64,000 bases of DNA from Treponemataceae bacterium (GTDB taxonomy: Bacteria; Spirochaetota; Spirochaetia; Treponematales; Rectinemataceae). The stretch is taken from assembly GCA_963677895.2 (NCBI GenBank), contig CAXXGJ010000002.1:224001-288000 (forward strand), written 5' to 3'. Positions 18,804-28,374 of this stretch are shown piece after piece (position 1 is the first letter of the stretch; the number at the start of each line of letters is the position of its first letter). The notes beneath the pieces are model-generated. The model was not told where the DNA came from. It made no database searches and saw nothing but the letters and a program-made list of their open reading frames with translations. The position numbers and the translations under genes are program-made.

Positions 18804-20090
18804 ATGGGAAAGACGCTCTCGGAAAAGATCTTCGAGACCCATCTCGTCGACATGCCCTTCGCCGACACCTGGGTGCTCAAGCTGGACACCGTTTTCTGCC
18901 ATGAGATCACGACGCCGATAGCCATCGACGATCTGGTCAAAAAAGGCATGGACAGAGTCTACGACGCCGACCGGATCAAGGTAGTCATCGATCATGTCTC
19001 GCCCGCCAAGGATTCCAAGACCGCCGAGCAAGGCAAGACGCTCCGCTCCTGGGCGCGCAGGCACGGGATCGCGGACTTTTTCGACATCGGAAGAAACGGC
19101 GTCTGTCACGCGCTCTTTCCCGAAAAGGGCTACGTGAGGCCGGGCTACGCCCTCGTCATGGGCGACAGCCACACCTGCACGCATGGCGCCTTCGGGGCTT
19201 TCGCCGCGGGCGTCGGGACCACGGACCTCGAAATCGCTGTTCTGCGGGGCGTCTGCGCCTTCAGGAAGCCCGATACCCTCAGGCTGAACCTGAACGGAAC
19301 GCTGAAGCCCGGCATCTACGTCAAGGACGTCATCCTGTACGCGATTTCCCGGCTGGGCGTGGCCGGCGCCACCGATAAGGTGATCGAATTCCGCGGACCC
19401 ATCGTCGACGAGATGTCCATGGAAGGGCGCATGACGCTCTGCAACATGGCCGTCGAGGCCGGCGGCACGAGCGGCGTCTGCATGCCCGACGCGAAAACGG
19501 TCGCGTACCTCTGGCCCTTCATCGGTCCCAAGGGCGAAAAACTCTACGAAACTGAACAGGAAGCGCTCGCCGACTACGCCCGATGGCGCAGCGACGAGGA
19601 CGCGGTTTACGCTTCCACCATGGACATAGACTGCTCCTACATCGAACCCCTCGTCACGACAGGCTTCAAGCCCGATCAAGTGGCGCTGGCCAGAAACATG
19701 TCGGCGGTGAAGGTGGATCAGGTCTATATCGGGTCCTGCACGAACGGCAGGATCGAGGATCTCCGCGCGGCGGCCAAGGTGCTCAAAGGCCGGACGATAG
19801 CGCCCGAAGTCAGGGGAATCGTTTCCCCCGCGACGCCTGCCGTGTACGCGCAGGCCTTGAAGGAAGGCATCATCGAAATCTTCCTCGAGGCGGGTTTCTG
19901 CGTGACGAATCCGACCTGCGGCGCCTGCCTCGGCATGTCCAATGGCGTCCTGGCATCGGGGGAAGTCTGCGCCTCGACCACGAACCGCAATTTCAACGGG
20001 CGGATGGGCAAGGGCGGCATGATCCATCTGATGAGCCCGGCTACGGCCGCGGCCACCGCCATCGCGGGGCACATAGCCACGGCGCAGTAA
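18804..20090 (+). CDS. leuC: 3-isopropylmalate dehydratase/homoaconitase large subunit
   Basis: DSHTCT, IGSCTNGR, CGACLG, STTNRNFNGRMG. Confidence 0.88.
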   Translation: MGKTLSEKIFETHLVDMPFADTWVLKLDTVFCHEITTPIAIDDLVKKGMDRVYDADRIKVVIDHVSPAKDSKTAEQGKTLRSWARRHGIADFFDIGRNGVCHALFPEKGYVRPGYALVMGDSHTCTHGAFGAFAAGVGTTDLEIAVLRGVCAFRKPDTLRLNLNGTLKPGIYVKDVILYAISRLGVAGATDKVIEFRGPIVDEMSMEGRMTLCNMAVEAGGTSGVCMPDAKTVAYLWPFIGPKGEKLYETEQEALADYARWRSDEDAVYASTMDIDCSYIEPLVTTGFKPDQVALARNMSAVKVDQVYIGSCTNGRIEDLRAAAKVLKGRTIAPEVRGIVSPATPAVYAQALKEGIIEIFLEAGFCVTNPTCGACLGMSNGVLASGEVCASTTNRNFNGRMGKGGMIHLMSPATAAATAIAGHIATAQ

Positions 20091-20212
20091 GGCTGCCCCG
20101 ACGACGCGTGCGCGCGGCCCCCTCCGGGGAGTCTCATCGTAAAGATGCAGGCCCCGGGGGCCGCGCGCCGGCACCGCGAAATTAATACTAGCTAAAAGGG
20201 AGGATTTCCACC

Positions 20213-20740
20213 ATGAAACAGTTGGGCGGCACGGTACTTTTCCTCGATAGGAACGACATAAACACCGACGAGATTATCCCGGCCCGATATCTGAACGAGG
20301 ATTCCAGGGAAGCCCTGGGGCCGTACTGCTTCGAGGACCTAGCGCTGCCGGGCTTCGACAGGCTCCGCGATATTCCGGGCAAGGGCGCCATCGTCTCAAG
20401 GGCCAACTTCGGCTGCGGTAGTTCGCGCGAGCACGCGCCCTGGGCCCTCGAGGCCAACGGCATCAACGTGGTCATCGCCGAAAGTTTCGCCCGCATCTAC
20501 CGGCGGAACATGTTCAACTGCGGGATGGTGGCCGTTGAATTGCCGGCCGTCAGCATCAACGCGCTCTTCGGGCGCTTCGCGGGCCAGCCCGCTGAAATGT
20601 CCTTCGACATCGAAGGCAGGACGATGAGCTTTTCCTCCTCGTCCGGGGAGAAGATGACCGTACCCTTCGTCCTGGGCGATTTCGAGATCGCCATGGTCAA
20701 GGCCGGCGGCTGGGTGCCCTTCGCCGCGGAGAAGTACTGA
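20213..20740 (+). CDS. leuD: 3-isopropylmalate dehydratase small subunit
   Basis: DINTDEIIPA, NFGCGSSREHA, SFARIY..N. Confidence 0.9.
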   Translation: MKQLGGTVLFLDRNDINTDEIIPARYLNEDSREALGPYCFEDLALPGFDRLRDIPGKGAIVSRANFGCGSSREHAPWALEANGINVVIAESFARIYRRNMFNCGMVAVELPAVSINALFGRFAGQPAEMSFDIEGRTMSFSSSSGEKMTVPFVLGDFEIAMVKAGGWVPFAAEKY

Positions 20741-21121
20741 GGCGCGGCTATCTACACTTCGGCGACAAGGTCGCGAGGCCTAGAGGCCGCAAGATTCCGA
20801 GGTTTCGGTTTTTGACTTATTTTGAGCCTGTCGTTATGTTCTGATCAGGATTGGTTTTATGGAGGCTATCATGATTAAGAATATGGGAAAGGTGGATAAG
20901 GTGATCAGGCTCGTATTGGCGCTCATCGTGGGCGTCCTGATCATAACCGGGAATCTTGTCGGAACCGCGGCCGTCATCCTGGGAATCCTGGCGCTGGTAT
21001 TCCTCGCCACGAGTGCCATCGGGACCTGTCCGCTTTATATTCCCTTTAAAATCAGCACGAAGAAGAAATAGAAGCCAGCGGCTGGTTGCCCTTCGCCGCC
21101 GAAAAAATACTGAGGCGCGGC
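20706..21121 (+). repeat. Imperfect direct repeat of about 43 bp (20706-20748 and 21078-21121) duplicating the leuD 3' end
   Basis: GCGGCTGGGTGCCCTTCGCCGCGGAGAAGTACTGAGGCGCGGC vs GCGGCTGGTTGCCCTTCGCCGCCGAAAAAATACTGAGGCGCGGC. Confidence 0.9.
20871..21071 (+). CDS. DUF2892 (YgaP-like) small membrane protein
   Basis: KNMGKVDKVIR, two TM helices, GTCPLY..FKIST; RBS GGAGG. Confidence 0.88.
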   Translation: MIKNMGKVDKVIRLVLALIVGVLIITGNLVGTAAVILGILALVFLATSAIGTCPLYIPFKISTKKK

Positions 21122-21191
21122 GCCAGCCTCGGCGCCAGCGCAAGCGAGAAAAGGCTCTCCGTTTCCGCCCTCTCCTGACTTTTCGTCCGCC

Positions 21192-22307
21192 TCAAACGGC
21201 CGGATACCAGAGCGTCCTGTTGATGCGAATCCTACAGCGCGCGCCCTCGGCCGGTCCCCGCTCATGGCGCGGTTTTTGCACCCGCAGCTCGATGTTTCCG
21301 ACCGCGAGCTTGTAGTCGATGATATCGCCCAGGTAGGTTCGTCTCGCCACCAGGGCTTCCGTCGTCGCGTCGCCAGTGCCACTGCCCACGCCACTGCCCG
21401 CGCCGATATTACCGGCATTGCCGGAATCCACAACCCCCTGTCCCACAAAGTCGATGTCCGACGGTCTGCATGCCATCAAAGCCCTGTTTCCAAATTCCGC
21501 GGGAGCCCTATGGCTCAAGGCGCCCTCAGCGCCCGCTACGATAGCCTTGCCGCCCGCGATATCCACCGGTATGAAATTCGACAGACCGATGAACGAGAAC
21601 ACGAATTTATTCGCGGGTTTGTTGTATATATCGAGCGGCTTTCCAATCTGCTGTACTATGCCGTGATCCATGACGAGCATGCGGTCCGATAGGGCCATCG
21701 CCTCTGCCTGATCATGGGTCACGTAGATGATGGTGAAACCGAACTTTTTCTGCAGATCTTTTATCTCGAAGCGCATTTCTTCGCGAAGCTTGGCGTCGAG
21801 GTTCGACAACGGCTCGTCGAGGAGCATCACCTTCGGATTGATGGCGATGGCTCGCGCGAGCGCTATTCGCTGCTGTTCGCCGCCTGAAAGCTTGCCAGGA
21901 TAGCTCGCTTCCCGATGCGTAAGGCCGGTGCTCTGCAGCGCCATCGTAACCCGCTCGGCGATTTCTTGCTTGGGCCGCCTGCGGATCTGCAGCGGGAATG
22001 CCACGTTGTCGCGCACCGTCAGATGAGGCCATACGGCGAATGCCTGGAAAACCATGCCGAAATCCCGCTGCTCGGGAGGGAGATAATATTTCTTGAAACT
22101 GGATGAGAACACCTTTCCGTCGACGGAGAGTTCCCCTTCGTCCAGGTCTTCGAACCCGGCGATCATGCGGAGCGTCGTCGTCTTGCCGCATCCTGAAGGA
22201 CCGAGAAAGGAGAAGCATTCGCCTTTCTCCACCTCGAGATTGAGCCTGTTCACCGCGATGACATCGCCGAAGCGCTTGGTTACGTCCACGAGTTTTAGCT
22301 GCGCCAT
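21192..22307 (-). CDS. ABC transporter ATP-binding protein
   Basis: GPSGCGKT, LSGGEQQR, LLDEP. Confidence 0.92.
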   Translation of the reverse strand: MAQLKLVDVTKRFGDVIAVNRLNLEVEKGECFSFLGPSGCGKTTTLRMIAGFEDLDEGELSVDGKVFSSSFKKYYLPPEQRDFGMVFQAFAVWPHLTVRDNVAFPLQIRRRPKQEIAERVTMALQSTGLTHREASYPGKLSGGEQQRIALARAIAINPKVMLLDEPLSNLDAKLREEMRFEIKDLQKKFGFTIIYVTHDQAEAMALSDRMLVMDHGIVQQIGKPLDIYNKPANKFVFSFIGLSNFIPVDIAGGKAIVAGAEGALSHRAPAEFGNRALMACRPSDIDFVGQGVVDSGNAGNIGAGSGVGSGTGDATTEALVARRTYLGDIIDYKLAVGNIELRVQKPRHERGPAEGARCRIRINRTLWYPAV

Positions 22308-22311
22308 CGCT

Positions 22312-24012
22312 TTATTCCTCCACCTTCGCCCTGGGCTTGTCCAGCTGGGCTAAAAATTTGCGTATGATAGCCTCGCCCATGAATATGATGAGAAGCGCTA
22401 CGCTGGCCAGGGCTGCCGCGCGCACGGTCTCGCCGTCTTCATTGAGGGCGTAGATGGCGACGCCTATCGTCCTTGTCGTCGGTCCGTACAGGAGCACCGA
22501 CGTCGTCAGCTCGCGGAGAGCGGGCAGGAAGATGAGGAAGAAGGCGCTGATCATACCCGGCTTGATTAAGGGGATTACGATATTCTTGAGACTCTGCCAG
22601 TGTGTCGCCCCGCAGGCGCGGCTCGCCTCCTCGAGCGAATCTGAGACCTGCGAAAGCGATGCCGAATTCGATTTGATGGAGAAGGCCATGTACCGGGCAA
22701 TGTATGCCACGAAGATGATCCAGGGCGTGTTGTAGAGATTTACGCCGAACCTGCCGCTCCAGGTGAGGATCACGCCCAGGGCTATGACCGTTCCGGGCAG
22801 GGAGAAGGGCAGCACGCCGAGGAATTGCAGCATGAATTTGCCTCGCACCTTCATCTTGACGATCACGTAGGAGATCATCGTACCCGCCAGCATGGTCACG
22901 AAAGCGGCGCCCAGCGATAGGTAAATCGAGTTCCAGATGGCGTCCCTCGTCATCTTCCACTGAAAGATTTTCAGGTAGTTGTCCCAGGTCATGCTCTTGG
23001 CGGCGAAGGGCAGGCCGTAGGTCTTGAGGCCGCCGACCATGAAGATCGTCACGGTGGGGAGGACTACCGTTATCGCGATATAGATGACGCTGATGATGAG
23101 AAGGGGGATCTTGAGGCCGCGCAGCTTGAGTACCATGGGACGCATGCTTTTGCCGGCGATGATCTGATACTGTCCTTTTTTAAGGAGAACATCCTGCAGT
23201 TTGAGGATGAGGGCCGCCGCGATGACCAGGATCATGGATAAGATTGTGCCGACGCGGATCGCCCCGAATGAGCCTCCGGAGGCGTAGATCCGCTCATAGA
23301 TCTTGGTGGGGATGTTATAGATGCCCTTTTCGGTGCCCAGAATCGAGGGCACGCCGAAATGCGAGAGGGAATAGAGGGCGACGAGGAGGGCTCCCGCCAG
23401 GATGCTCGGCATGACGAGGGGCAGGGTGATCCTGCGCGTGATCGTTCCAAGGCCCGCGCCCGAGATGCGGGCGGATTCTTCAAGCGTGGGGTCCATGCGC
23501 TCGAGTGCTCCGGCCACTTGGAGAAAGACGAAGGGGAAGAGGTACATGCTTTCGATGGCGATGATGCCGCCGAGACTCATGATGTCGATAGGCGCCTTCT
23601 CGAGGCCGAACATGGCGATGAGGAGCTTGTTGATGTAGCCGGCCCTGGAGGAGAGAAGGACTTTCCACGCGAGCGCGCCAATAAATGAGGGCAGCATGAA
23701 GGGAACGAGGAAAAGCGCCTTCATGATTTTCTTGAAGGGCAGATCGGTGCGGGCGACGAGCCAGGCGAAAAAGGTGCCGATCGTCGTCGATACAAGGGTT
23801 ACGCCGGCGGCGATGATTACCGAGTTGAGGAGTGCCTGGTAGGTGTCGGGGTCCGAGAGGATTTTCATCACGCCGGCGATGTTGAATTTGCCATTCTCGA
23901 AGAAGGCGGTGATGAAGATGAGTATGACGGGTACCGCCACGACTATGACGAGGACGAGTATCGAAAAGATCAGGACGAGGTTCGCCGTGTTGATTTTCTT
24001 GCCGTTGTTCAT
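22312..24012 (-). CDS. ABC transporter permease (AfuB/FbpB-like, two modules)
   Basis: LEESARISGA and LEEASRACGA loops; ATG at 24012 overlaps the upstream stop. Confidence 0.9.
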   Translation of the reverse strand: MNNGKKINTANLVLIFSILVLVIVVAVPVILIFITAFFENGKFNIAGVMKILSDPDTYQALLNSVIIAAGVTLVSTTIGTFFAWLVARTDLPFKKIMKALFLVPFMLPSFIGALAWKVLLSSRAGYINKLLIAMFGLEKAPIDIMSLGGIIAIESMYLFPFVFLQVAGALERMDPTLEESARISGAGLGTITRRITLPLVMPSILAGALLVALYSLSHFGVPSILGTEKGIYNIPTKIYERIYASGGSFGAIRVGTILSMILVIAAALILKLQDVLLKKGQYQIIAGKSMRPMVLKLRGLKIPLLIISVIYIAITVVLPTVTIFMVGGLKTYGLPFAAKSMTWDNYLKIFQWKMTRDAIWNSIYLSLGAAFVTMLAGTMISYVIVKMKVRGKFMLQFLGVLPFSLPGTVIALGVILTWSGRFGVNLYNTPWIIFVAYIARYMAFSIKSNSASLSQVSDSLEEASRACGATHWQSLKNIVIPLIKPGMISAFFLIFLPALRELTTSVLLYGPTTRTIGVAIYALNEDGETVRAAALASVALLIIFMGEAIIRKFLAQLDKPRAKVEE

Positions 24013-25130
24013 CGCACGGCCTCCCCATCGATGCCGAACCACCTGAGATTGGTGAATCGCAGGCCGCACAAGTCGCCTTCCGCTATGATCATGTCGCGCG
24101 CCGTGGCTTCCTCGGTCTGCATCTGCGCGCGGAGTTGAACGCCGCCCACTTCGACAAGGTAGTCGATGATAGGCCCCAGGAGAGAAAGTCGCAGGACTTT
24201 GGCCGGAAGTGCGTCCGCGGCCTCAGCGCTCTTCTCCATTTGAATATCCATCGGCCTGCATGCTGCTTTTCCGGCCTTGTCTAAGAAGGCCGCCGGAGGT
24301 GCCTCGGGAATCCTGATTCCGGCCGCGCCTTTTGCGCCGCCAGGCGAGGCGCCGCCAACTGAAATGAAGGCCGATCCGTCGCGAATCTCGAAGGGGATAT
24401 AGTTGGGGATTCCGAGGAATTGGTGCACGAATTCGTTCACCGGCTGTTCGTAGACTTGATCGGGCGTTCCCGTCTGCCTGATTTTTCCCTCTTCGTCCAT
24501 GATCGCCATACGGTCGGAAATCGCGAGGGCGACTTCCTGGTCGTGGGTGACATAGAAAATAGTCGTGCCCGTCTTGCGTTGAAGTTCTTTTATCTCGAAG
24601 CGCATCTCTTCGCGCAGGTTCGCGTCCAGATTCGTCAGCGGTTCATCGAGGAGCATGACGGCGGGTGCGGTCACAAGCGCGCGGGCGAGGGCTACGCGCT
24701 GCTGCTGGCCGCCGGAAAGCTGGTAGGGATAGCGGTTGGCAAGGCCCTTGAGGCCTACCTGGTCGATCGCTTTCTTAACGTCTTCAGCGATCTTTTCCTT
24801 GGAGGTTTTGGCGATTTCGAGAGGATAGGAGATGTTTTCATGAACGGTTTTATGCGGCCAGACGGCGTAGTCCTGGAAGACGACGCCAATGTGCCGCTCT
24901 TCTGGTGGCAGAGCGTGTTTTGCGTCGGCTACGACCTTGCCCCCGATACTCACGGTTCCGGCGTCCGGCGTTTCGAAACCGGCGATGAGACGCAAAATGA
25001 CTGTTTTTCCGCATCCCGAAGGACCAAGGAGAGTGAAACACTCCCCCGATTTTATGGTGAGATCGAGGCCGTCGAGGACTTTTCTCGTCCCGTATGATTT
25101 CGATACTCCCGACAGCTGAAGATCAGCCAT
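24009..25130 (-). CDS. ABC transporter ATP-binding protein (second paralogue)
   Basis: GPSGCGKT, LSGGQQQR, LLDEP. Confidence 0.92.
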   Translation of the reverse strand: MADLQLSGVSKSYGTRKVLDGLDLTIKSGECFTLLGPSGCGKTVILRLIAGFETPDAGTVSIGGKVVADAKHALPPEERHIGVVFQDYAVWPHKTVHENISYPLEIAKTSKEKIAEDVKKAIDQVGLKGLANRYPYQLSGGQQQRVALARALVTAPAVMLLDEPLTNLDANLREEMRFEIKELQRKTGTTIFYVTHDQEVALAISDRMAIMDEEGKIRQTGTPDQVYEQPVNEFVHQFLGIPNYIPFEIRDGSAFISVGGASPGGAKGAAGIRIPEAPPAAFLDKAGKAACRPMDIQMEKSAEAADALPAKVLRLSLLGPIIDYLVEVGGVQLRAQMQTEEATARDMIIAEGDLCGLRFTNLRWFGIDGEAVR

Positions 25131-25270
25131 GCTTAGGTCTCCTTGTAAAATTTAGTAAATTCGCGTCTATTCGAGAGACAGCGCCGCGGTCTGTGTCGCA
25201 TTGCCTGGATTGCCGGTGGGACCGCGCCGGATGAAAGGATTTTCCTCCCCGGCGCGATCGGTCGCTCGGT

Positions 25271-26260
25271 CTATTTCTTCTGCATTATCTCGGTGAACTT
25301 GTCGATGGTGGCCTGTTTTTCGACCATTAGTTTGATGTAATCGATTTTCATGGCCCGTTTGACAGCCTCTTCGGGCGTCACGAGGCCGACGCCCTGGACG
25401 ATCGGTACATCCTTCCGGATGGGGAGGGTATAGTTGCCCGCGATAATGGTCTGCCCTTCCTTGGAGAGGAGGAAATCGACGAATTTCTGGGCGGCGGAGA
25501 GGTTCTTCGTACCCTTGAAGATGGCGACAGGACTCGGAACGACGAGCATTTCCTTAGGATAAGCGAAGCCGAGCGAGGCGCCCAGCTTGATCTTGTCGAT
25601 GGTGATGTAGTCCACGCCGATGCAGCCGACGAGATCTCCGGCCGCGGTGTTGTCGACGACCTGGCCTGAGCCCTGTCCGAGCTTGCCGCCGTTGGCGCGC
25701 AGCTTGGTGAAATAATCCCAGCCAAGGTTTTCGGCTATCATGCCGACGGAAACCATGGCGGTGCCGGAGAGGGCCGGATTGGCGATGGCGAAGCTGTCCT
25801 TCCACGCGGGACCGAAGAGATCGGACCACTGGGTGGGCGGCGTCTTAATCTTGTTGGTATTGTAGGTCACACCCAACGTGCCGAGGCGGGCGGGGGTAAA
25901 CTCATAGTCCGGATCGATGAGGGGGCTTACCACGTACTGAGCCTCAGGCGATTTATATTTCTGCAGGATGCCTTCCTTCTTGAGGGCGTAGAAATCGGGA
26001 ACCTCGCTTGTCCACAGAACGTCGACGACGAGTTTCCCCGACTGCCGTTCGGCCGCTATCTTGGCCATGATTTTGCCGGCGCCCGCCGAATAGTAGTCGA
26101 ATTGGATGTTCGGGTACTTTTTGACGAATCCATCCCTGAGTTCGCCGATCAGTACTTCCTTCATCGAGGTGTAAACCATCAGCTTTTCTTTTCCCTGGGC
26201 AAAGGCCGGAACGATTCCCGCCGAGAGCAGAATCATGATCAACAGTAGTGCACGTTTCAT
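25271..26260 (-). CDS. ABC transporter substrate-binding protein (AfuA/FbpA-like)
   Basis: Signal peptide; LMVYTS, PTQWSDL, NPALSGT, KFVDFLLSKEGQ. Confidence 0.88.
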   Translation of the reverse strand: MKRALLLIMILLSAGIVPAFAQGKEKLMVYTSMKEVLIGELRDGFVKKYPNIQFDYYSAGAGKIMAKIAAERQSGKLVVDVLWTSEVPDFYALKKEGILQKYKSPEAQYVVSPLIDPDYEFTPARLGTLGVTYNTNKIKTPPTQWSDLFGPAWKDSFAIANPALSGTAMVSVGMIAENLGWDYFTKLRANGGKLGQGSGQVVDNTAAGDLVGCIGVDYITIDKIKLGASLGFAYPKEMLVVPSPVAIFKGTKNLSAAQKFVDFLLSKEGQTIIAGNYTLPIRKDVPIVQGVGLVTPEEAVKRAMKIDYIKLMVEKQATIDKFTEIMQKK

Positions 26261-26342
26261 GTATTCCTCCTTGAACGTGATTGTTCATCTTCAGGAGGGT
26301 TTTCGAAACCGGCAACGAGTACTTTGGTACTTTTGGGGCTTT

Positions 26343-27710
26343 TTAGCAGAAAAGACGCGAATCGGCGCAGAATTCTGGGTGCGATTCGGTGTAGAGACGC
26401 AGGGAATCGAGGGTGAGGCCGGCTTCCTGCATGAGGATGAGGGCGGAGAAGCGGTCTTTGGCGCCGATCTGCTGGTAGATGGCATGAAGGTGATTCTTGA
26501 CGGTCTGCTCGCGGATATCGAGCATATAGGCAATTTCCTTATTGCTCTTCCCCGTCAAAAGAAAGAGGAGGATTGTCTGCTCCTTGGGAGGCAGCGCGGA
26601 ATACCAGGGAGGCAGTTCGGTGAGTTGTTTGGAGCGTGAAGCTGAGGCTTCGACGGCGTCGGTTCCGTCCGCTGCAAGATTCCTTAATGTCGAGTATATG
26701 AGCCAGATGGCGCCCATAAAGCCTATGGCGAGGGCAATTTTCCCCAGAATCGAAAGCACGTTGCTCGACAGAGGCAATATGGAGATAAGCGTCCAGTCCC
26801 TATCGGGAATGGGACAGTAGACGACTCCGTACGTGGCCATCTTCCCGCTGTCGCCAATGACGGCCCGGTACGTGTAGCTTCCGGCTTCGGCAATGGGTGC
26901 TTTACCGTTGAAGCGCTCCTTGTAGCCGGGTATGGCTTCCGCCACAGGCTTCATCGCGAAGGAAGGATCCACCGAGGCGAGTATGGTCCCTTGCCCCTCC
27001 ATTAGCACACTGTAGTCGGTCTTCTGCGATACGGCGATACCTTCGTCCTGGGAGTAGCCGCTCACTGTCCTGGCAAGCCTGTCCGGATCGATGAGGAGTA
27101 TAAGGACGCCGAGAGACTTGTGGTCTGATCTGCGTTTGATGAGACGGGCGCAGAGGAGGATGGAGGGCGTCAGGCTGTCGCTCTGTTCATCAAACTCCCC
27201 GCCGCCGCTCAGTATTCCCCACGTCGTCCGCCCGTCCGCGATGAGCGCTTTACCCATTATCGCGGCTCTCACTGGAATCCACAACGAGCGCGTCAGAGAA
27301 TCGCTCATCGTCAACGGGATTCGGTTTTTTCCGGTGGCGTCGAAAAACACCGCGTCCCGGAGTTCTGGAACCGTTTCGGCTAATCCTTCGATATATTCCG
27401 AAAAGATGACGTTCCATCGGCTGACGTCATAATCCTCGCTGTCTGCGATATAGTCGGCTAGGGTGTCGTTGAGTATTTGGTTCGTGAGGAACTGGTAGGA
27501 AATGGTTTCGATGGCTTCCGCCAGCTCGGCGGTACGTCGCGCGCGCATCTGCAGTACATCGGCCGCATACTCCATTGGATTGCGCTGACGTTGCGAATTC
27601 CGAACATCCACCATAAAAAGCAGCATCGATGCGAGGGCAAGAAGGATACCTGCGGCGAGGGTCCATCGCCGCAGTGTAATTTTTGTTTTTCCCTCTTGAG
27701 ATAGTGGCAT
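26343..27710 (-). CDS. Membrane-anchored regulator: TM, Cache-like extracytoplasmic domain, TM, LuxR HTH
   Basis: Two hydrophobic helices around a ~280 aa domain; C-terminal LLTGKSNKEIAYMLDIREQTVKNHLHAIY. Confidence 0.75.
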   Translation of the reverse strand: MPLSQEGKTKITLRRWTLAAGILLALASMLLFMVDVRNSQRQRNPMEYAADVLQMRARRTAELAEAIETISYQFLTNQILNDTLADYIADSEDYDVSRWNVIFSEYIEGLAETVPELRDAVFFDATGKNRIPLTMSDSLTRSLWIPVRAAIMGKALIADGRTTWGILSGGGEFDEQSDSLTPSILLCARLIKRRSDHKSLGVLILLIDPDRLARTVSGYSQDEGIAVSQKTDYSVLMEGQGTILASVDPSFAMKPVAEAIPGYKERFNGKAPIAEAGSYTYRAVIGDSGKMATYGVVYCPIPDRDWTLISILPLSSNVLSILGKIALAIGFMGAIWLIYSTLRNLAADGTDAVEASASRSKQLTELPPWYSALPPKEQTILLFLLTGKSNKEIAYMLDIREQTVKNHLHAIYQQIGAKDRFSALILMQEAGLTLDSLRLYTESHPEFCADSRLFC

Positions 27711-27765
27711 TGAAACAGTATAGCCTGATATTTCGTAATTTCAGAGCCAAATTTACGCGAATTTC

Positions 27766-28350
27766 TCAAACATGCTTTATTACGTGCTCTATCGCGATCT
27801 TGAGTCCGATGAGGACGAGGACGGAGCCGCCGACGATTTCGGCCCACTCTTCGAGGACGTTTTTCAGCTTTCTGCCGAACTGGATGCCCAAGGCGCAGGT
27901 GACGAAGGTGGTCGCGCCTATGACGATGGCCGGCACCATGATGGGCGAGCCGATCATGCTGTAGGATAGTCCCACGGCGAGGGCGTCGATGCTGGTGGCC
28001 ACCGAGAGCACGATGAGCGTGTTGAGCTTCATGATGCCGTGGCTTTTTTCCTCGTCGGGGTCGGGACAGTTCTGGGGGTTCCTGGCGCGAATGCCTTCGT
28101 AGATCATCTTCCCGCCGACGAAGGCGAGGAGGACAAAGGCGATCCAGTGGTCGTAGCCTTGGATCAGCAGTTTGAAGGTGCCGCCGAGGAGCCATCCCGC
28201 GATGGGCATGGCGAACTGGAAAAATCCGAAAAAGAAGGCGGCTCTGAGCCCTATCGCCGCCGGGATGGCGGTGGTGCAGATCGACGCCGACACCGAAACC
28301 GCGAAAGCGTCCATTGAAAGCGCGAGTCCGATCAGGAAATTCGTAAGCAC
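27766..28350 (-). CDS. mntP: Manganese efflux pump MntP
   Basis: LSMDAFAVS, FQFAMP..GW, DHWIAF, ATSIDALAVG. Confidence 0.92.
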   Translation of the reverse strand: MLTNFLIGLALSMDAFAVSVSASICTTAIPAAIGLRAAFFFGFFQFAMPIAGWLLGGTFKLLIQGYDHWIAFVLLAFVGGKMIYEGIRARNPQNCPDPDEEKSHGIMKLNTLIVLSVATSIDALAVGLSYSMIGSPIMVPAIVIGATTFVTCALGIQFGRKLKNVLEEWAEIVGGSVLVLIGLKIAIEHVIKHV

Positions 28351-28374
28351 GAAAAGCCCCTAGTGCGCGGCCTC

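Noticed and set aside
28351..28374. yybP-ykoY Mn riboswitch before mntP (or before mntH, 36308-36344)
   Set aside because: The leaders are too short and lack the motif.
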